Assembly (NCBI GenBank): GCA_026770705.1
Contig: JANJGN010000783.1
Location: forward strand, 124,001-188,000
DNA length: 64,000 nucleotides
Source of the DNA: Isurus oxyrinchus
Lineage: Eukaryota
Direction: 5' to 3'
Under the pieces are notes generated by a model, which was not told where the DNA came from, did no database searches, and worked only from the letters and a program-made list of their open reading frames with translations. Shown one piece after another: positions 50,701-64,000 of the stretch; position 1 is the stretch's first letter; every line of letters starts with the position of its first letter. The position numbers and the translations under genes are program-made.

Positions 50701-53700
50701 AATGTAGATTTAGAGTTTACTCGGGGTTGGAGCCGCTGGATTGTAGATTTAGAGTTTACTCGGGGTTGGAAAGCATGGAGTGTAGATTTAGAGCTGACTT
50801 GGGGTTGTAGACCCTGGAGTGTAGATTTAGAGTTTACTCGGGGTTGGATTCCCTGGAGTGTAGATTTGGAGATTACTCAGGGTCGGGAGCCCCTGGAGTG
50901 CAGATTTAGGATTTACTTGGGGTCGGAGACCCTGGAGTGTAGATTTAGAGTTTACTCGAGTTTGTAGACCCTGGAGTGGAGATTGAGAGTTTACTCGGGG
51001 TTGGAGACCCTGGAGCGTAGATTTAGAGTTTACTCGGGGTTGGAGTCCCTGGAGTGTAGATTAAGAGCTTACTCGGGGTTGGAGTCCCTGGAGTGTAGAT
51101 TTAGAGTTTACTCGATGTCGGAGTCCCTGGAGTGTAGATTTAGAGTTTACTCAGGGTTGGAGTCCCTGGAGTGTAGATTCATAGTTTACTCGGGGTCGTA
51201 GACCCTGGAGTGTAGATTTAGAGTTTACTCGGGGTTGTAGACCCTGGAGTGTAGATTTAGAGTTTACTCGGGGTTGGAGTCCCTGGAGTGTAGATTTAGA
51301 GTTTACTCGGGGTCGGAGTCCCTGGAGTGTAGATTTAGAGTTTACTCAGGGTTGGAGTCCCTGGAGTGTAGATTTAGAGTTTACTCGGGGTTGTAGACCC
51401 TGGAGTGTAGATTTAGAGTTTACTCAGGGGTGGAGACCCTGGAGTGTAGATTTAGAGTTTACTCGGGGTCGGAGACCCTGGAGTGTAGATTTAGAGTTTA
51501 CTCGGGGTTGGAGAGCATGGAGTGTAGATTTAGAGCTGACTTGGGGTTGTAGACCCTGGAGTGTAGATTTAGAGTTTACTCGGGGTTGGATTCCCTGGAG
51601 TGTAGATTTGGAGATTACTCAGGGTCGGGAGCCCCTGGAGTGCAGATTTAGGATTTACTCGGGGTCGGAGACCCTGGAGTGTAGATTTAGAGTTTACTCG
51701 AGTTTGTAGACCCTGGAGTGGAGATTGAGAGTTTACTCGGGGTTGGAGACCCTGGAGCGTAGATTTAGAGTTTACTCGGGGTTGGAGTCCCTGGAGTGTA
51801 GATTTAGAGTTTACTCGGGGTACGAGCCCCTGGAGTGTAGATTTAGAGTTTACTCGGGGATGGAGTCCCTGGAGTGTAGATTTAGAGTTTACTCGGGGTT
51901 GGAGACCCTGGAGCGTAGATTTAGAGTTTACTCGGGGTTGGAGTCCCTGGAGTGTAGAGTTAGAGTTTACTCGGGGTCGGAGTCCCTGGAGTGTAGATTT
52001 AGAGTTTACTCGAGGTTGGAGTCCCTGGAGTGTAGATTTAGAGTTTACTCAAGGTTGGAGTGCCTGGAGTGTAGATTTATAGTTTACTCGGGGTTGTAGA
52101 CCCTGGAGTGTAGATTTAGAGTTTACTCGGTGTCGGAGTCCCTGGAGTATAAATTAAGAGTTTACTCGGGGTTGTAGACCCTGGAGTGTAGATTTAGAGT
52201 TTAATCGGGGTCGAAGTCCCTGGAGTGTAGATTTAGAGTTTACTCGGGGTTGGAGACCCTGGAGTGTACATTTAGAGTTTACTCGGGGTTGTAGACTCTG
52301 GAGTGTAGATTTAAAGTTTATTCGAGGTTGTAGATCCTGGAGTGTAGATTTAGAGTTTACTCGGGGTCGGAGACCCTGGAGTGTAGATTTAGAGTTTACT
52401 CGGGGTACGAGCCCCTGGAGTGTAGATTTAGAGTTTACTCGGGGATGGAGTCCCTGGAGTGTAGATTTAGAGTTTACTCGGGGTCGGAGTCCCTGGAGTG
52501 TAGATTTAGAGTTTACTCGGGGTTCGAGCCCCTGGAGTGTAGATTTAGAGTTTACTCGGGGATGGAGTCCCTGGAGTGTAGATTTAGAGTTTACTCGGGG
52601 TCGGAGTCCCTGGAGTGTAGATTTAGAGTTTACTCGGGATCGGAGTCCCTGGAATATAGATTTCGAGTTTCATTAGGTTCGGAGACCCTGGAGTGTAGAT
52701 TTAGTGTTTACTCGGGTTTGTAGACCCTGGAGGGTAGATTAAGAGTTTACTCGGTGTCGGAGACACTGGAGTGTAGATTTAGTGTTTACTCGGGGTTGTA
52801 GACCCTGGAGGGTAGATTTAGAGTTTACTCGGTGTCGGAGACCCTGGAGTGTAGATTTAGTGTTTACTCGGGGTTGTAGACCCTGGAGGGTAGATTTAGA
52901 GTTTACTCGGGGTCGGAGACCCTGGAGTGTAGATTTAGAATTTACTCGCGGTTGGAGACCCTGCAGTGTAGATTTAGATTTTACTCGGGGTCGGAGACAC
53001 TGGAGTGTAGATTTAGAATTATCTCGGGGTCGGAGACCCTGGAGTGTAGAATGAGAGTTTACTCGGGGTCGGAGACACTGGAGTGTAGATTTAGAGTTTA
53101 CTCGGTGTCGGAGTCCCTGGAGTGTAGATTTAGAGTTTAATCGGGGTTGGTGTCCCTGGAGTGTAGATTTAGAGTTTACTCGGGGTCGGAGTCCCTGGAG
53201 TGTAGATTTAGAGTTTACTCGGGGTTGGATTCCCTGGAGTGTAGATTTGGAGATTACTCGGGGTCGGGAGCACCTGGAGTGCAGATTTAGGATTTACTCG
53301 GGGTCGGAGACCCTGGAGTGTAGATTTAGAGTTTACTCGAGTTTGTAGACCCTGGAGTGTAGATTTAGTGTTTACTCGGGGTTGGTGTCCCTGGAGTGTA
53401 GATTTAGAGTTTACTTGGAGTTGAAGACCCTGGAGTGTAGATTTAGAGTTTACTCGGTGTCGGAGTCCCAGGAGTGTTGATTTAGAGTTTACTCGGGTTG
53501 TAGACCCTGGAGTGTAGATTTAGAGTTTAATCGGGGTCGGAGTTCCTGGAGTGTAGATTTAGAGATTACTCGGGGTCGGAGTCCCTGGAGAGTAGATTTA
53601 GAGTTTACTCGGGGTTGGAGTCCCTGGAGTGTAGATTGAGAGTTTACTCGGGGTTGTAGACCCTGGAGTGTAGATTTAGAGTTTACTGGGGGTTGTAGAC

Positions 53701-56700
53701 CCTGGAGTGTAGATTTAGAGTTTACTCGGGGTTGGAGTCCCTGGAGTGTAGATTTAGAGTTTACTCGGGGTCGGAGTCCCTGGAGTGTAGATTTAGAGTT
53801 TACTCGGGGTCGGAGTCCCTGGAGTGTAGATTTAGAGCTTACTCAGGGTTGGAGTCCCTGGACTGTAGATTTAGAGTTTACTCGGGGTTGTAGACCCTGG
53901 AGTGTAGATTTAGAGTTTACTCAGGGGTGGAGACCCTGGAGTGTAGATTTAGAGTTTACTCGGGGTCGGAGACCCTGGAGTGTAGATTTAGAATTTACTC
54001 GGGGTTGGAGACCCTGGAGTGTAGATCTAGAGTTTACTCGGGGTTGGAGTCCGTGGAGTGTAGATTTAGAGTTTACTCGGGGTTGGAGAGCATGGAGTGT
54101 AGATTTAGAGCTGACTTGGGGTTGTAGACCCTGGAGTGTAGATTTAGAGTTTACTCGGGGTTGGATTCCCTGGAGTGTAGATTTGGAGATTACTCAGGGT
54201 CGGGAGCCCCTGGAGTGCAGATTTAGGATTTACTCGGGGTCGGAGACCCTGGAGTGTAGATTTAGAGTTTACTCGAGTTTGTAGACCCTGGAGTGTAGAT
54301 TTAGAGTTTACTTGGGGTTGGAGACCCTGGAGCGTAGATTTAGAGTTTACTCGGGATTGGAGTCCCTGGAGTGTAGAGTTAGAGTTTACTCGGGGTCGGA
54401 GTCCCTGGAGTGTAGATTTCGAGTTTACTCGGGGTTGGAGTCCCTGGAGTGTAGATTTAGAGTTTACTCAGGGTTGGAGTCCCTGGAGTGTAGATTTATA
54501 GTTTACTCGGGGTTGTAGACCCTGGAGTGTAGATTTAGAGTTTACTCGGTGTCGGAGTCCCTGGCGTATAAATTAAGAGTTTACTCGGGGTTGTAGACCC
54601 TGGAGTGTAGATTTAGAGTTTAATCGGGGTCGGAGTCGCTGGAGTGTAGATTTAGAGTTTACTCGGGGTTGGAGACCCTGGAGTGTACATTTAGAGTTTA
54701 CACGGGGTTGTAGACTCTGGAGTGTAGATTTAAAGTTTATTCGAGGTTGTAGATCCTGGAGTGTAGATTTAGAGTTTACTCGGGGTCGGAGACCCTGGAG
54801 TGTAGATTTAGAGTTTACTCGGGGTACGAGCCCCTGGAGTGTAGATTTAGAGTTTACTCGGGGATGGAGTCCCTGGAGTGTAGATTTAGAGTTTACTCGG
54901 GGTCGGAGTCCCTGGAGTGTAGATTTAGAGTTTACTCGGGGTTCGAGCCCCTGGAGTGTCGATTTAGAGTTTACTCGGGGATGGAGTCCCTGGAGTGTAG
55001 ATTTAGAGTTTACTCGGGGTCGGAGTCCCTGGAGTGTAGATTTAGAGTTTACTCGGGATCGGAGTCCCTGGAATATAGATTTCGAGTTTCCTTAGGTTCG
55101 GAGACCCTGGAGTGTAGATTTAGTGTTTACTCGGGTTTGTAGACCCTGGAGGGTAGATTTAGAGTTTACTCGGTGTCGGAGACCCTGGAGTGTAGATTTA
55201 GTGTTTACTCGGGGTTGTAGACCCTGGAGGGTAGATTTAGAGTTTACTCGGTGTCGGAGACCCTGGAGTGTAGATTTAGTGTTTACTCGGGGTTGTAGAC
55301 CCTGGAGGGTAGATTTAGAGTTTACTCGGGGTCGGAGACCCTGGAGTGTAGATTTAGAATTTACTCGGGTTTGGAGACCCTGGAGTGTAGATTTAGAGCT
55401 GACTTGGTGTTGTAGACCCTGGAGTGAAGATTTAGAGTTTACGCGAGGTTGTAGACACTGGAGTGTAGATTTAGAGTTTACTCGGGGTCGGAGACACTGG
55501 AGTGTAGATTTAGAATTAACTCGGGGTCGGAGACCCTGGAGTGTAGAATGAGAGTTTACTCGGGGTCGGAGACACTGGAGGGTAGATTTAGAGTTTACTC
55601 GGTGTCGGAGTCCCTGGAGTGTAGAGTTAGAGTTTAATCGGGGTTGGTGTCCCTGGAGTGTAGATTTAGAGTTTACTCGGGGTCGGAGTCCCTGGAGTGT
55701 AGATTTAGAGTTTACTCGGGGTTGGATTCCCTGGAGTGTAGATTTGGAGATTACTAAGGGTCGGGAGCCCCTGGAGTGCAGATTTAGGATTTACTCGGGG
55801 TCGGAGACCCTGGAGTGTAGATTTAGAGTTTACTCGAGTTTGTAGACCGTGGAGTGTAGATTTAGAGTTTACTCGGGGTTGGTGTCCCTGGAGTGTAGAT
55901 TTAGAGTTTACTCGGTGTCGGAGTCCCAGGAGTGTTGATTTAGAGTTTACTCGGGGTTGTAGACCCTGGAGTGTAGATTTAGAGTTTAATCGGGGTCGGA
56001 GTTCCTGGAGTGTAGATTTAGAGATTACTCAGGGTCGGAGTCCCTGGAGAGTAGATTTAGAGTTTACTCGGGGTGGGAGACCCTGGAGTGTAGATTTAGA
56101 GTTTACTCGATGTCGGAGTCCCTGGAGTGTAGATTTAGAGTTTACTCAGGGTTGGAGTCCCTGGAGTGTAGATTCATAGTTTACTCGGGGTCGTAGACCC
56201 TGGAGTGTAGATTTAGAGTTTACTCGGGGTTGTAGACCCTGGAGTGTAGATTTAGAGTTTACTCGGGGTTGGAGTCCCTGGAGTGTAGATTTAGAGTTTA
56301 CTCGGGGTCGGAGTCCCTGGAGTGTAGATTTAGAGTTTACTCAGGGTTGGAGTCCCTGGAGTGTAGATTTAGAGTTTACTCGGGGTTGTAGACCCTGGAG
56401 TGTAGATTTAGAGTTTACTCAGGGGTGGAGACCCTGGAGTGTAGATTTAGAGTTTACTCGGGGTCGGAGACCCTGGAGTGTAGATTTAGAGTTTACTCGG
56501 GGTTGGAGAGCATGGAGTGTAGATTTAGAGCTGACTTGGGGTTGTAGACCCTGGAGTGTAGATTTAGAGTTTACTCGGGGTTGGATTCCCTGGAGTGTAG
56601 ATTTGGAGATTACTCAGGGTCGGGAGCCCCTGGAGTGCAGATTTAGGATTTACTCGGGGTCGGAGACCCTGGAGTGTAGATTTAGAGTTTACTCGAGTTT

Positions 56701-59700
56701 GTAGACCCTGGAGTGGAGATTGAGAGTTTACTCGGGGTTGGAGACCCTGGAGCGTAGATTTAGAGTTTACTCGGGGTTGGAGTCCCTGGAGTGTAGATTT
56801 AGAGTTTACTCGGGGTACGAGCCCCTGGAGTGTAGATTTAGAGTTTACTCGGGGATGGAGTCCCTGGAGTGTAGATTTAGAGTTTACTCGGGGTTGGAGA
56901 CCCTGGAGCGTAGATTTAGAGTTTACTCGGGGTTGGAGTCCCTGGAGTGTAGAGTTAGAGTTTACTCGGGGTCGGAGTCCCTGGAGTGTAGATTTAGAGT
57001 TTACTCGAGGTTGGAGTCCCTGGAGTGTAGATTTAGAGTTTACTCAAGGTTGGAGTGCCTGGAGTGTAGATTTATAGTTTACTCGGGGTTGTAGACCCTG
57101 GAGTGTAGATTTAGAGTTTACTCGGTGTCGGAGTCCCTGGAGTATAAATTAAGAGTTTACTCGGGGTTGTAGACCCTGGAGTGTAGATTTAGAGTTTAAT
57201 CGGGGTCGAAGTCCCTGGAGTGTAGATTTAGAGTTTACTCGGGGTTGGAGACCCTGGAGTGTACATTTAGAGTTTACTCGGGGTTGTAGACTCTGGAGTG
57301 TAGATTTAAAGTTTATTCGAGGTTGTAGATCCTGGAGTGTAGATTTAGAGTTTACTCGGGGTCGGAGACCCTGGAGTGTAGATTTAGAGTTTACTCGGGG
57401 TACGAGCCCCTGGAGTGTAGATTTAGAGTTTACTCGGGGATGGAGTCCCTGGAGTGTAGATTTAGAGTTTACTCGGGGTCGGAGTCCCTGGAGTGTAGAT
57501 TTAGAGTTTACTCGGGGTTCGAGCCCCTGGAGTGTAGATTTAGAGTTTACTCGGGGATGGAGTCCCTGGAGTGTAGATTTAGAGTTTACTCGGGGTCGGA
57601 GTCCCTGGAGTGTAGATTTAGAGTTTACTCGGGATCGGAGTCCCTGGAATATAGATTTCGAGTTTCATTAGGTTCGGAGACCCTGGAGTGTAGATTTAGT
57701 GTTTACTCGGGTTTGTAGACCCTGGAGGGTAGATTAAGAGTTTACTCGGTGTCGGAGACACTGGAGTGTAGATTTAGTGTTTACTCGGGGTTGTAGACCC
57801 TGGAGGGTAGATTTAGAGTTTACTCGGTGTCGGAGACCCTGGAGTGTAGATTTAGTGTTTACTCGGGGTTGTAGACCCTGGAGGGTAGATTTAGAGTTTA
57901 CTCGGGGTCGGAGACCCTGGAGTGTAGATTTAGAATTTACTCGGGGTTGGAGACCCTGCAGTGTAGATTTAGATTTTACTCGGGGTCGGAGACACTGGAG
58001 TGTAGATTTAGAATTAACTCGGGGTCGGAGACCCTGGAGTGTAGAATGAGAGTTTACTCGGGGTCGGAGACACTGGAGTGTAGATTTAGAGTTTACTCGG
58101 TGTCGGAGTCCCTGGAGTGTAGATTTAGAGTTTAATCGGGGTTGGTGTCCCTGGAGTGTAGATTTAGAGTTTACTCGGGGTCGGAGTCCCTGGAGTGTAG
58201 ATTTAGAGTTTACTCGGGGTTGGATTCCCTGGAGTGTAGATTTGGAGATTACTCGGGGTCGGGAGCACCTGGAGTGCAGATTTAGGATTTACTCGGGGTC
58301 GGAGACCCTGGAGTGTAGATTTAGAGTTTACTCGAGTTTGTAGACCCTGGAGTGTAGATTTAGTGTTTACTCGGGGTTGGTGTCCCTGGAGTGTAGATTT
58401 AGAGTTTACTTGGAGTTGAAGACCCTGGAGTGTAGATTTAGAGTTTACTCGGTGTCGGAGTCCCAGGAGTGTTGATTTAGAGTTTACTCGGGGTTGTAGA
58501 CCCTGGAGTGTAGATTTAGAGTTTAATCGGGGTCGGAGTTCCTGGAGTGTAGATTTAGAGATTACTCGGGGTCGGAGTCCCTGGAGAGTAGATTTAGAGT
58601 TTACTCGGGGTTGGAGTCCCTGGAGTGTAGATTGAGAGTTTACTCGGGGTTGTAGACCCTGGAGTGTAGATTTAGAGTTTACTGGGGGTTGTAGACCCTG
58701 GAGTGTAGATTTAGAGTTTACTCGGGGTTGGAGTCCCTGGAGTGTAGATTTAGAGTTTACTCGGGGTCGGAGTCCCTGGAGTGTAGATTTAGAGTTTACT
58801 CGGGGTCGGAGTCCCTGGAGTGTAGATTTAGAGCTTACTCAGGGTTGGAGTCCCTGGACTGTAGATTTAGAGTTTACTCGGGGTTGTAGACCCTGGAGTG
58901 TAGATTTAGAGTTTACTCAGGGGTGGAGACCCTGGAGTGTAGATTTAGAGTTTACTCGGGGTCGGAGACCCTGGAGTGTAGATTTAGAATTTACTCGGGG
59001 TTGGAGACCCTGGAGTGTAGATCTAGAGTTTACTCGGGGTTGGAGTCCGTGGAGTGTAGATTTAGAGTTTACTCGGGGTTGGAGAGCATGGAGTGTAGAT
59101 TTAGAGCTGACTTGGGGTTGTAGACCCTGGAGTGTAGATTTAGAGTTTACTCGGGGTTGGATTCCCTGGAGTGTAGATTTGGAGATTACTCAGGGTCGGG
59201 AGCCCCTGGAGTGCAGATTTAGGATTTACTCGGGGTCGGAGACCCTGGAGTGTAGATTTAGAGTTTACTCGAGTTTGTAGACCCTGGAGTGTAGATTTAG
59301 AGTTTACTTGGGGTTGGAGACCCTGGAGCGTAGATTTAGAGTTTACTCGGGATTGGAGTCCCTGGAGTGTAGAGTTAGAGTTTACTCGGGGTCGGAGTCC
59401 CTGGAGTGTAGATTTCGAGTTTACTCGGGGTTGGAGTCCCTGGAGTGTAGATTTAGAGTTTACTCAGGGTTGGAGTCCCTGGAGTGTAGATTTATAGTTT
59501 ACTCGGGGTTGTAGACCCTGGAGTGTAGATTTAGAGTTTACTCGGTGTCGGAGTCCCTGGCGTATAAATTAAGAGTTTACTCGGGGTTGTAGACCCTGGA
59601 GTGTAGATTTAGAGTTTAATCGGGGTCGGAGTCGCTGGAGTGTAGATTTAGAGTTTACTCGGGGTTGGAGACCCTGGAGTGTACATTTAGAGTTTACACG

Positions 59701-62700
59701 GGGTTGTAGACTCTGGAGTGTAGATTTAAAGTTTATTCGAGGTTGTAGATCCTGGAGTGTAGATTTAGAGTTTACTCGGGGTCGGAGACCCTGGAGTGTA
59801 GATTTAGAGTTTACTCGGGGTACGAGCCCCTGGAGTGTAGATTTAGAGTTTACTCGGGGATGGAGTCCCTGGAGTGTAGATTTAGAGTTTACTCGGGGTC
59901 GGAGTCCCTGGAGTGTAGATTTAGAGTTTACTCGGGGTTCGAGCCCCTGGAGTGTCGATTTAGAGTTTACTCGGGGATGGAGTCCCTGGAGTGTAGATTT
60001 AGAGTTTACTCGGGGTCGGAGTCCCTGGAGTGTAGATTTAGAGTTTACTCGGGATCGGAGTCCCTGGAATATAGATTTCGAGTTTCCTTAGGTTCGGAGA
60101 CCCTGGAGTGTAGATTTAGTGTTTACTCGGGTTTGTAGACCCTGGAGGGTAGATTTAGAGTTTACTCGGTGTCGGAGACCCTGGAGTGTAGATTTAGTGT
60201 TTACTCGGGGTTGTAGACCCTGGAGGGTAGATTTAGAGTTTACTCGGTGTCGGAGACCCTGGAGTGTAGATTTAGTGTTTACTCGGGGTTGTAGACCCTG
60301 GAGGGTAGATTTAGAGTTTACTCGGGGTCGGAGACCCTGGAGTGTAGATTTAGAATTTACTCGGGTTTGGAGACCCTGGAGTGTAGATTTAGAGCTGACT
60401 TGGTGTTGTAGACCCTGGAGTGAAGATTTAGAGTTTACGCGAGGTTGTAGACACTGGAGTGTAGATTTAGAGTTTACTCGGGGTCGGAGACACTGGAGTG
60501 TAGATTTAGAATTAACTCGGGGTCGGAGACCCTGGAGTGTAGAATGAGAGTTTACTCGGGGTCGGAGACACTGGAGGGTAGATTTAGAGTTTACTCGGTG
60601 TCGGAGTCCCTGGAGTGTAGAGTTAGAGTTTAATCGGGGTTGGTGTCCCTGGAGTGTAGATTTAGAGTTTACTCGGGGTCGGAGTCCCTGGAGTGTAGAT
60701 TTAGAGTTTACTCGGGGTTGGATTCCCTGGAGTGTAGATTTGGAGATTACTAAGGGTCGGGAGCCCCTGGAGTGCAGATTTAGGATTTACTCGGGGTCGG
60801 AGACCCTGGAGTGTAGATTTAGAGTTTACTCGAGTTTGTAGACCGTGGAGTGTAGATTTAGAGTTTACTCGGGGTTGGTGTCCCTGGAGTGTAGATTTAG
60901 AGTTTACTCGGTGTCGGAGTCCCAGGAGTGTTGATTTAGAGTTTACTCGGGGTTGTAGACCCTGGAGTGTAGATTTAGAGTTTAATCGGGGTCGGAGTTC
61001 CTGGAGTGTAGATTTAGAGATTACTCAGGGTCGGAGTCCCTGGAGAGTAGATTTAGAGTTTACTCGGGGTTGGAGACCCTGGAGTGTAGATTTAGAATTT
61101 ACTCGGGGTCGTAGACCCTGGAGTGTAGATTTTGATTTTATCGGGGTTCGAGTCTCTGGAGTGTAGATTTAGAGTTTACTCGGGGATGGAGTCCCTGGAG
61201 TGTAGATTTAGAGTTTACTCGGGGTCGGAGTCCCTGGAGTATAGATTTAGAGTTTACTCGGGGTTGGAGATCCTGGAGTGTAGATTTAGAGTTTAGACGG
61301 GGTTGTAGACCCTGGAGGGTAGATTTAGAGTTAACTCGCTGTCGGAGACCCTGGAGTGTAGATTTAGAGTTTACTCGGGGTTCGAGCCCCTGGATTGTAG
61401 ATTTAGAGCTTACTCGGGGATGGAGTCCCTGGAGTGTAGATATAGAGTTTACTCGGGGTCAGAGTCCCTGGAGTGTAGATTTAGAGTTTACTCGGGATCG
61501 GAGTCCCTGGAATATAGATTTCGAGTTTCCTTCGGTTCGGAGATCCTGGAGTGTAGATTTAGAATTTACTCGGGGTTGTAGACCCTGGAGGGTAGTTTTA
61601 GAGCTTACTCGGTGTCGGAGACCCTGGAGGGTAGATTTAGAGTTTACTCGGGGTCGGAGACCCTGGAGTGTAGATTTAGAATTTACTCAGGGTTGGAGAC
61701 CCTGGAGTGTAGATTTAGAGTTTACTCGGGGTTGGTGTCCCTGGTGTGTAGATTTAGAGTTTACTCGGGCTTGGAGTCCGTGGAATGTAGATTTAGAGTT
61801 TACTCGGGGTTGGAGCCACTGGAGTGTAGATTTTGAGTTTACTCGGGGTTGGAGAGCATGGTGTGTAGAATTAGAGCTGACTTGGGGTTGTAGAATCTGG
61901 AATGTAGATTTAGAGTTTACTCGGGGTTGGATTCCCAGGAGTGTAGATTTGGAGATTACTCAGGGTCGGGAGCCCCTGGAGTGCAGATTTAGGATTTACC
62001 TGGGGTCGGAGACCCTGGAGTGTAGATTTAGAGTTTACTCGAGTTTGTAGACCCTGGAGTGTAGATTTAGAGTTTACTCGGGGTCGGAGTCCCTGGAGTG
62101 TAGATTTAGAGTTTAATCGGGGTTGCAGACACTCGAATGTAGATTTAGAGTTTACTCGGGGTTGGAGCCCCTGGAGTGTAGATTTAGTGTTTACTCGGGG
62201 ATGGAGTCCCTGGAGTGTAGATTTAGAGTTTACTCGGGGTCGGAGTCCCTGGAGTGTAGATTTAGAGTTTACTCGGTGATCGAGCCCCTGGAGTGTAGAT
62301 TTAGAGTTTACTCGGGGATGGAGTCCCTGGAGAGTAGATTTAGAGTTTACTCGGGGTCGGAGTCCCTGGAGTGTAGATTCAGAGTTTACTCGGGGTTGGA
62401 GTCCTTGGAGTGTAGATTTAGAGTTTACTCCGGGTTGGAGCCGCTGGTGTGTAGATTTAGAGCTGACTTGGTGTCTTAGACCCTGGAGTGTAGATTTAGA
62501 GTTTACTCGGGGTTGGAGACCCTGGAGTGTAGATTTAGAGCTGACTTGGTGTTGTAGACCCTGGAGTGAAGATTTAGAGTTTACGCAAGGTTGTAGACAC
62601 TGGAGTGTAGATTTAGATTTTACTCGGGGTCGGAGACACTGGAGTGTAGATTTAGAATTAACGCGGTGTCGGAGACCCTGGAGTGTAGAATGAGAGTTTA

Positions 62701-64000
62701 CTCGGGGTCGGAGACACTGGAGTGTAGATTTAGAGTTTACTCGGTGTCGGAGTCCCTGGAGTGTAGATTTAGAGTTTACTCGGGGTTGGAGTCCCTGGAG
62801 TGTAGATTTAGAGTTTACTCAGGGTTGGAGTCCCTGGAGTGTAGATTTATAGATTACTCGGGGTTGTAGACCCTGGAGTGTAGATTTTGAGTTTAATCGG
62901 GGTCGGAGTCCCTGGAGTGTAGATTTAGAGTTTACTCGGGGTTCGAGCCCCTGGCGTGTAGATTTAGAGTTTACTCGGGGATGGAGTCCCTGGAGTGTAG
63001 ATTTAGAGTTTACTCGGGGTCGGAGTCCCTGGAGTGTAGATTTAGAGTTTACTCGGGATCGGAGTCCCTGGAATATAGATTTCGAGTTTCCTTAGGTTCG
63101 GAGACCCTGGAGTGTAGATTTAGAGTTTACTCGGGTTTGTAGACCCTGGAGGGTAGATTTAGAGTTAACTCGGTGTCGGAGACCCTGGAGTGTAGATTTA
63201 GTGTTTACTCGGGGTTGTAGACCCTGGAGGGTAGATTTAGAGTTTACCCGGTGTCGGAGACCCTGGAGGGTAGATTTAGAGTTTACTCGGGGTCGGAGAC
63301 CCTGGAGTGTAGATTTTGAATTTACTTGGGGTTGGAGTCCCTGGAGTGTAGATTTAGAGTTTACTCGGGCTTGGAGCCGCTGGAGTGTAGATTTAGAGTT
63401 TATTCGGGGTTGGAGACCCTGGAGTGTAGATTTAGAGTTTACTCGGGGTCGGAGTCCCTGGAGTGTAGATTTAGAATTTACTCGGGGTGGGACACCCTGG
63501 AGTGTAGATTTAGAGTTTACTCGGGGTTGGAGTCCCTGGAGGGTAGATTTAGAGTTTACTCAGGGTCGGAGACCCTGGAGTGTAGATTTAGAGCTGACTT
63601 GGGGTTGTAGACCCTGGAGTGAAGATTTAGAGTTTACGCGAGGTTGTAGACCCTGGAGTGAAGATTTAGAGTTTACGCGAGGTTGTAGACACTGGAGTGT
63701 AGATTTAGATTTTACTCGGGGTCGGAGACACTGGAGTGCAGATTTAGAATTAACTCGGGTTCGGAGACCCTGGAGTGTAGAATGAGAGTTTACTCGGGGT
63801 CGGAGACACTGGAGTGTAGATTTAGAGTTTACTCGGTGTCGGAGTCCCTGGAGTGTAGATTTAGAGTTTAATCGGGGTTGGTGTCCCTGGAGTGTAGATT
63901 TAGAGTTTACTCGGGGTCGGAGTCCCTGCAGTGTAGATTTAGAGTTTACTCGGGGTTGGAGAGCATGGAGTGTAGAATTAGAGCTGACTTGGGGTTGTAG
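38738..64000. repeat. 39-bp satellite (ctggagtgtagatttagagtttactcggggttggagtcc), ~650 monomers with higher-order structure, running off the window end
   Basis: Read directly; 13-aa period (LECRFRVYSGLES) broken by frequent stops. Confidence 0.98.

Noticed and set aside
38690-64000. Many LECRFRVYSG ORFs, or a CRISPR-like array
   Set aside because: Head-to-tail satellite with no unique spacers, frequent stops and a eukaryotic context

Overview
Eukaryotic, very GC- and repeat-rich vertebrate genomic DNA. The CR1/L2/Penelope/SINE families and the Ig type suggest a cartilaginous fish, which is an inference. About 70% is tandem repeat: a 31-bp array at 0.7-1.9 kb, a ~30-bp array at 2.6-5.2 kb, a 33/30-bp array at 7.3-21.2 kb and a 39-bp array from 38.7 kb to the end. 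Nearly all long ORFs in the track are artefacts of these arrays. Two real genes lie on the minus strand. (1) The first coding exon of importin-4 (5379-5444), with a GC-box repeat promoter. (2) A complete, intact immunoglobulin light-chain-like gene whose V and J are already fused in the genome with no RSS. It has an octamer promoter (36765-36772), a leader exon (36591-36636) separated from the VJ exon (24419-24772) by an 11.8-kb transposon-filled intron, a C1 exon (22591-22928) and a poly(A) signal (22425-22430), and encodes 245 aa. Its introns hold CR1-derived minisatellites that form an array of RSS-like motifs (J-C intron) and an array of YY1-like motifs (leader-V intron). A Penelope remnant with a degenerate hammerhead ribozyme lies in the leader-V intron.
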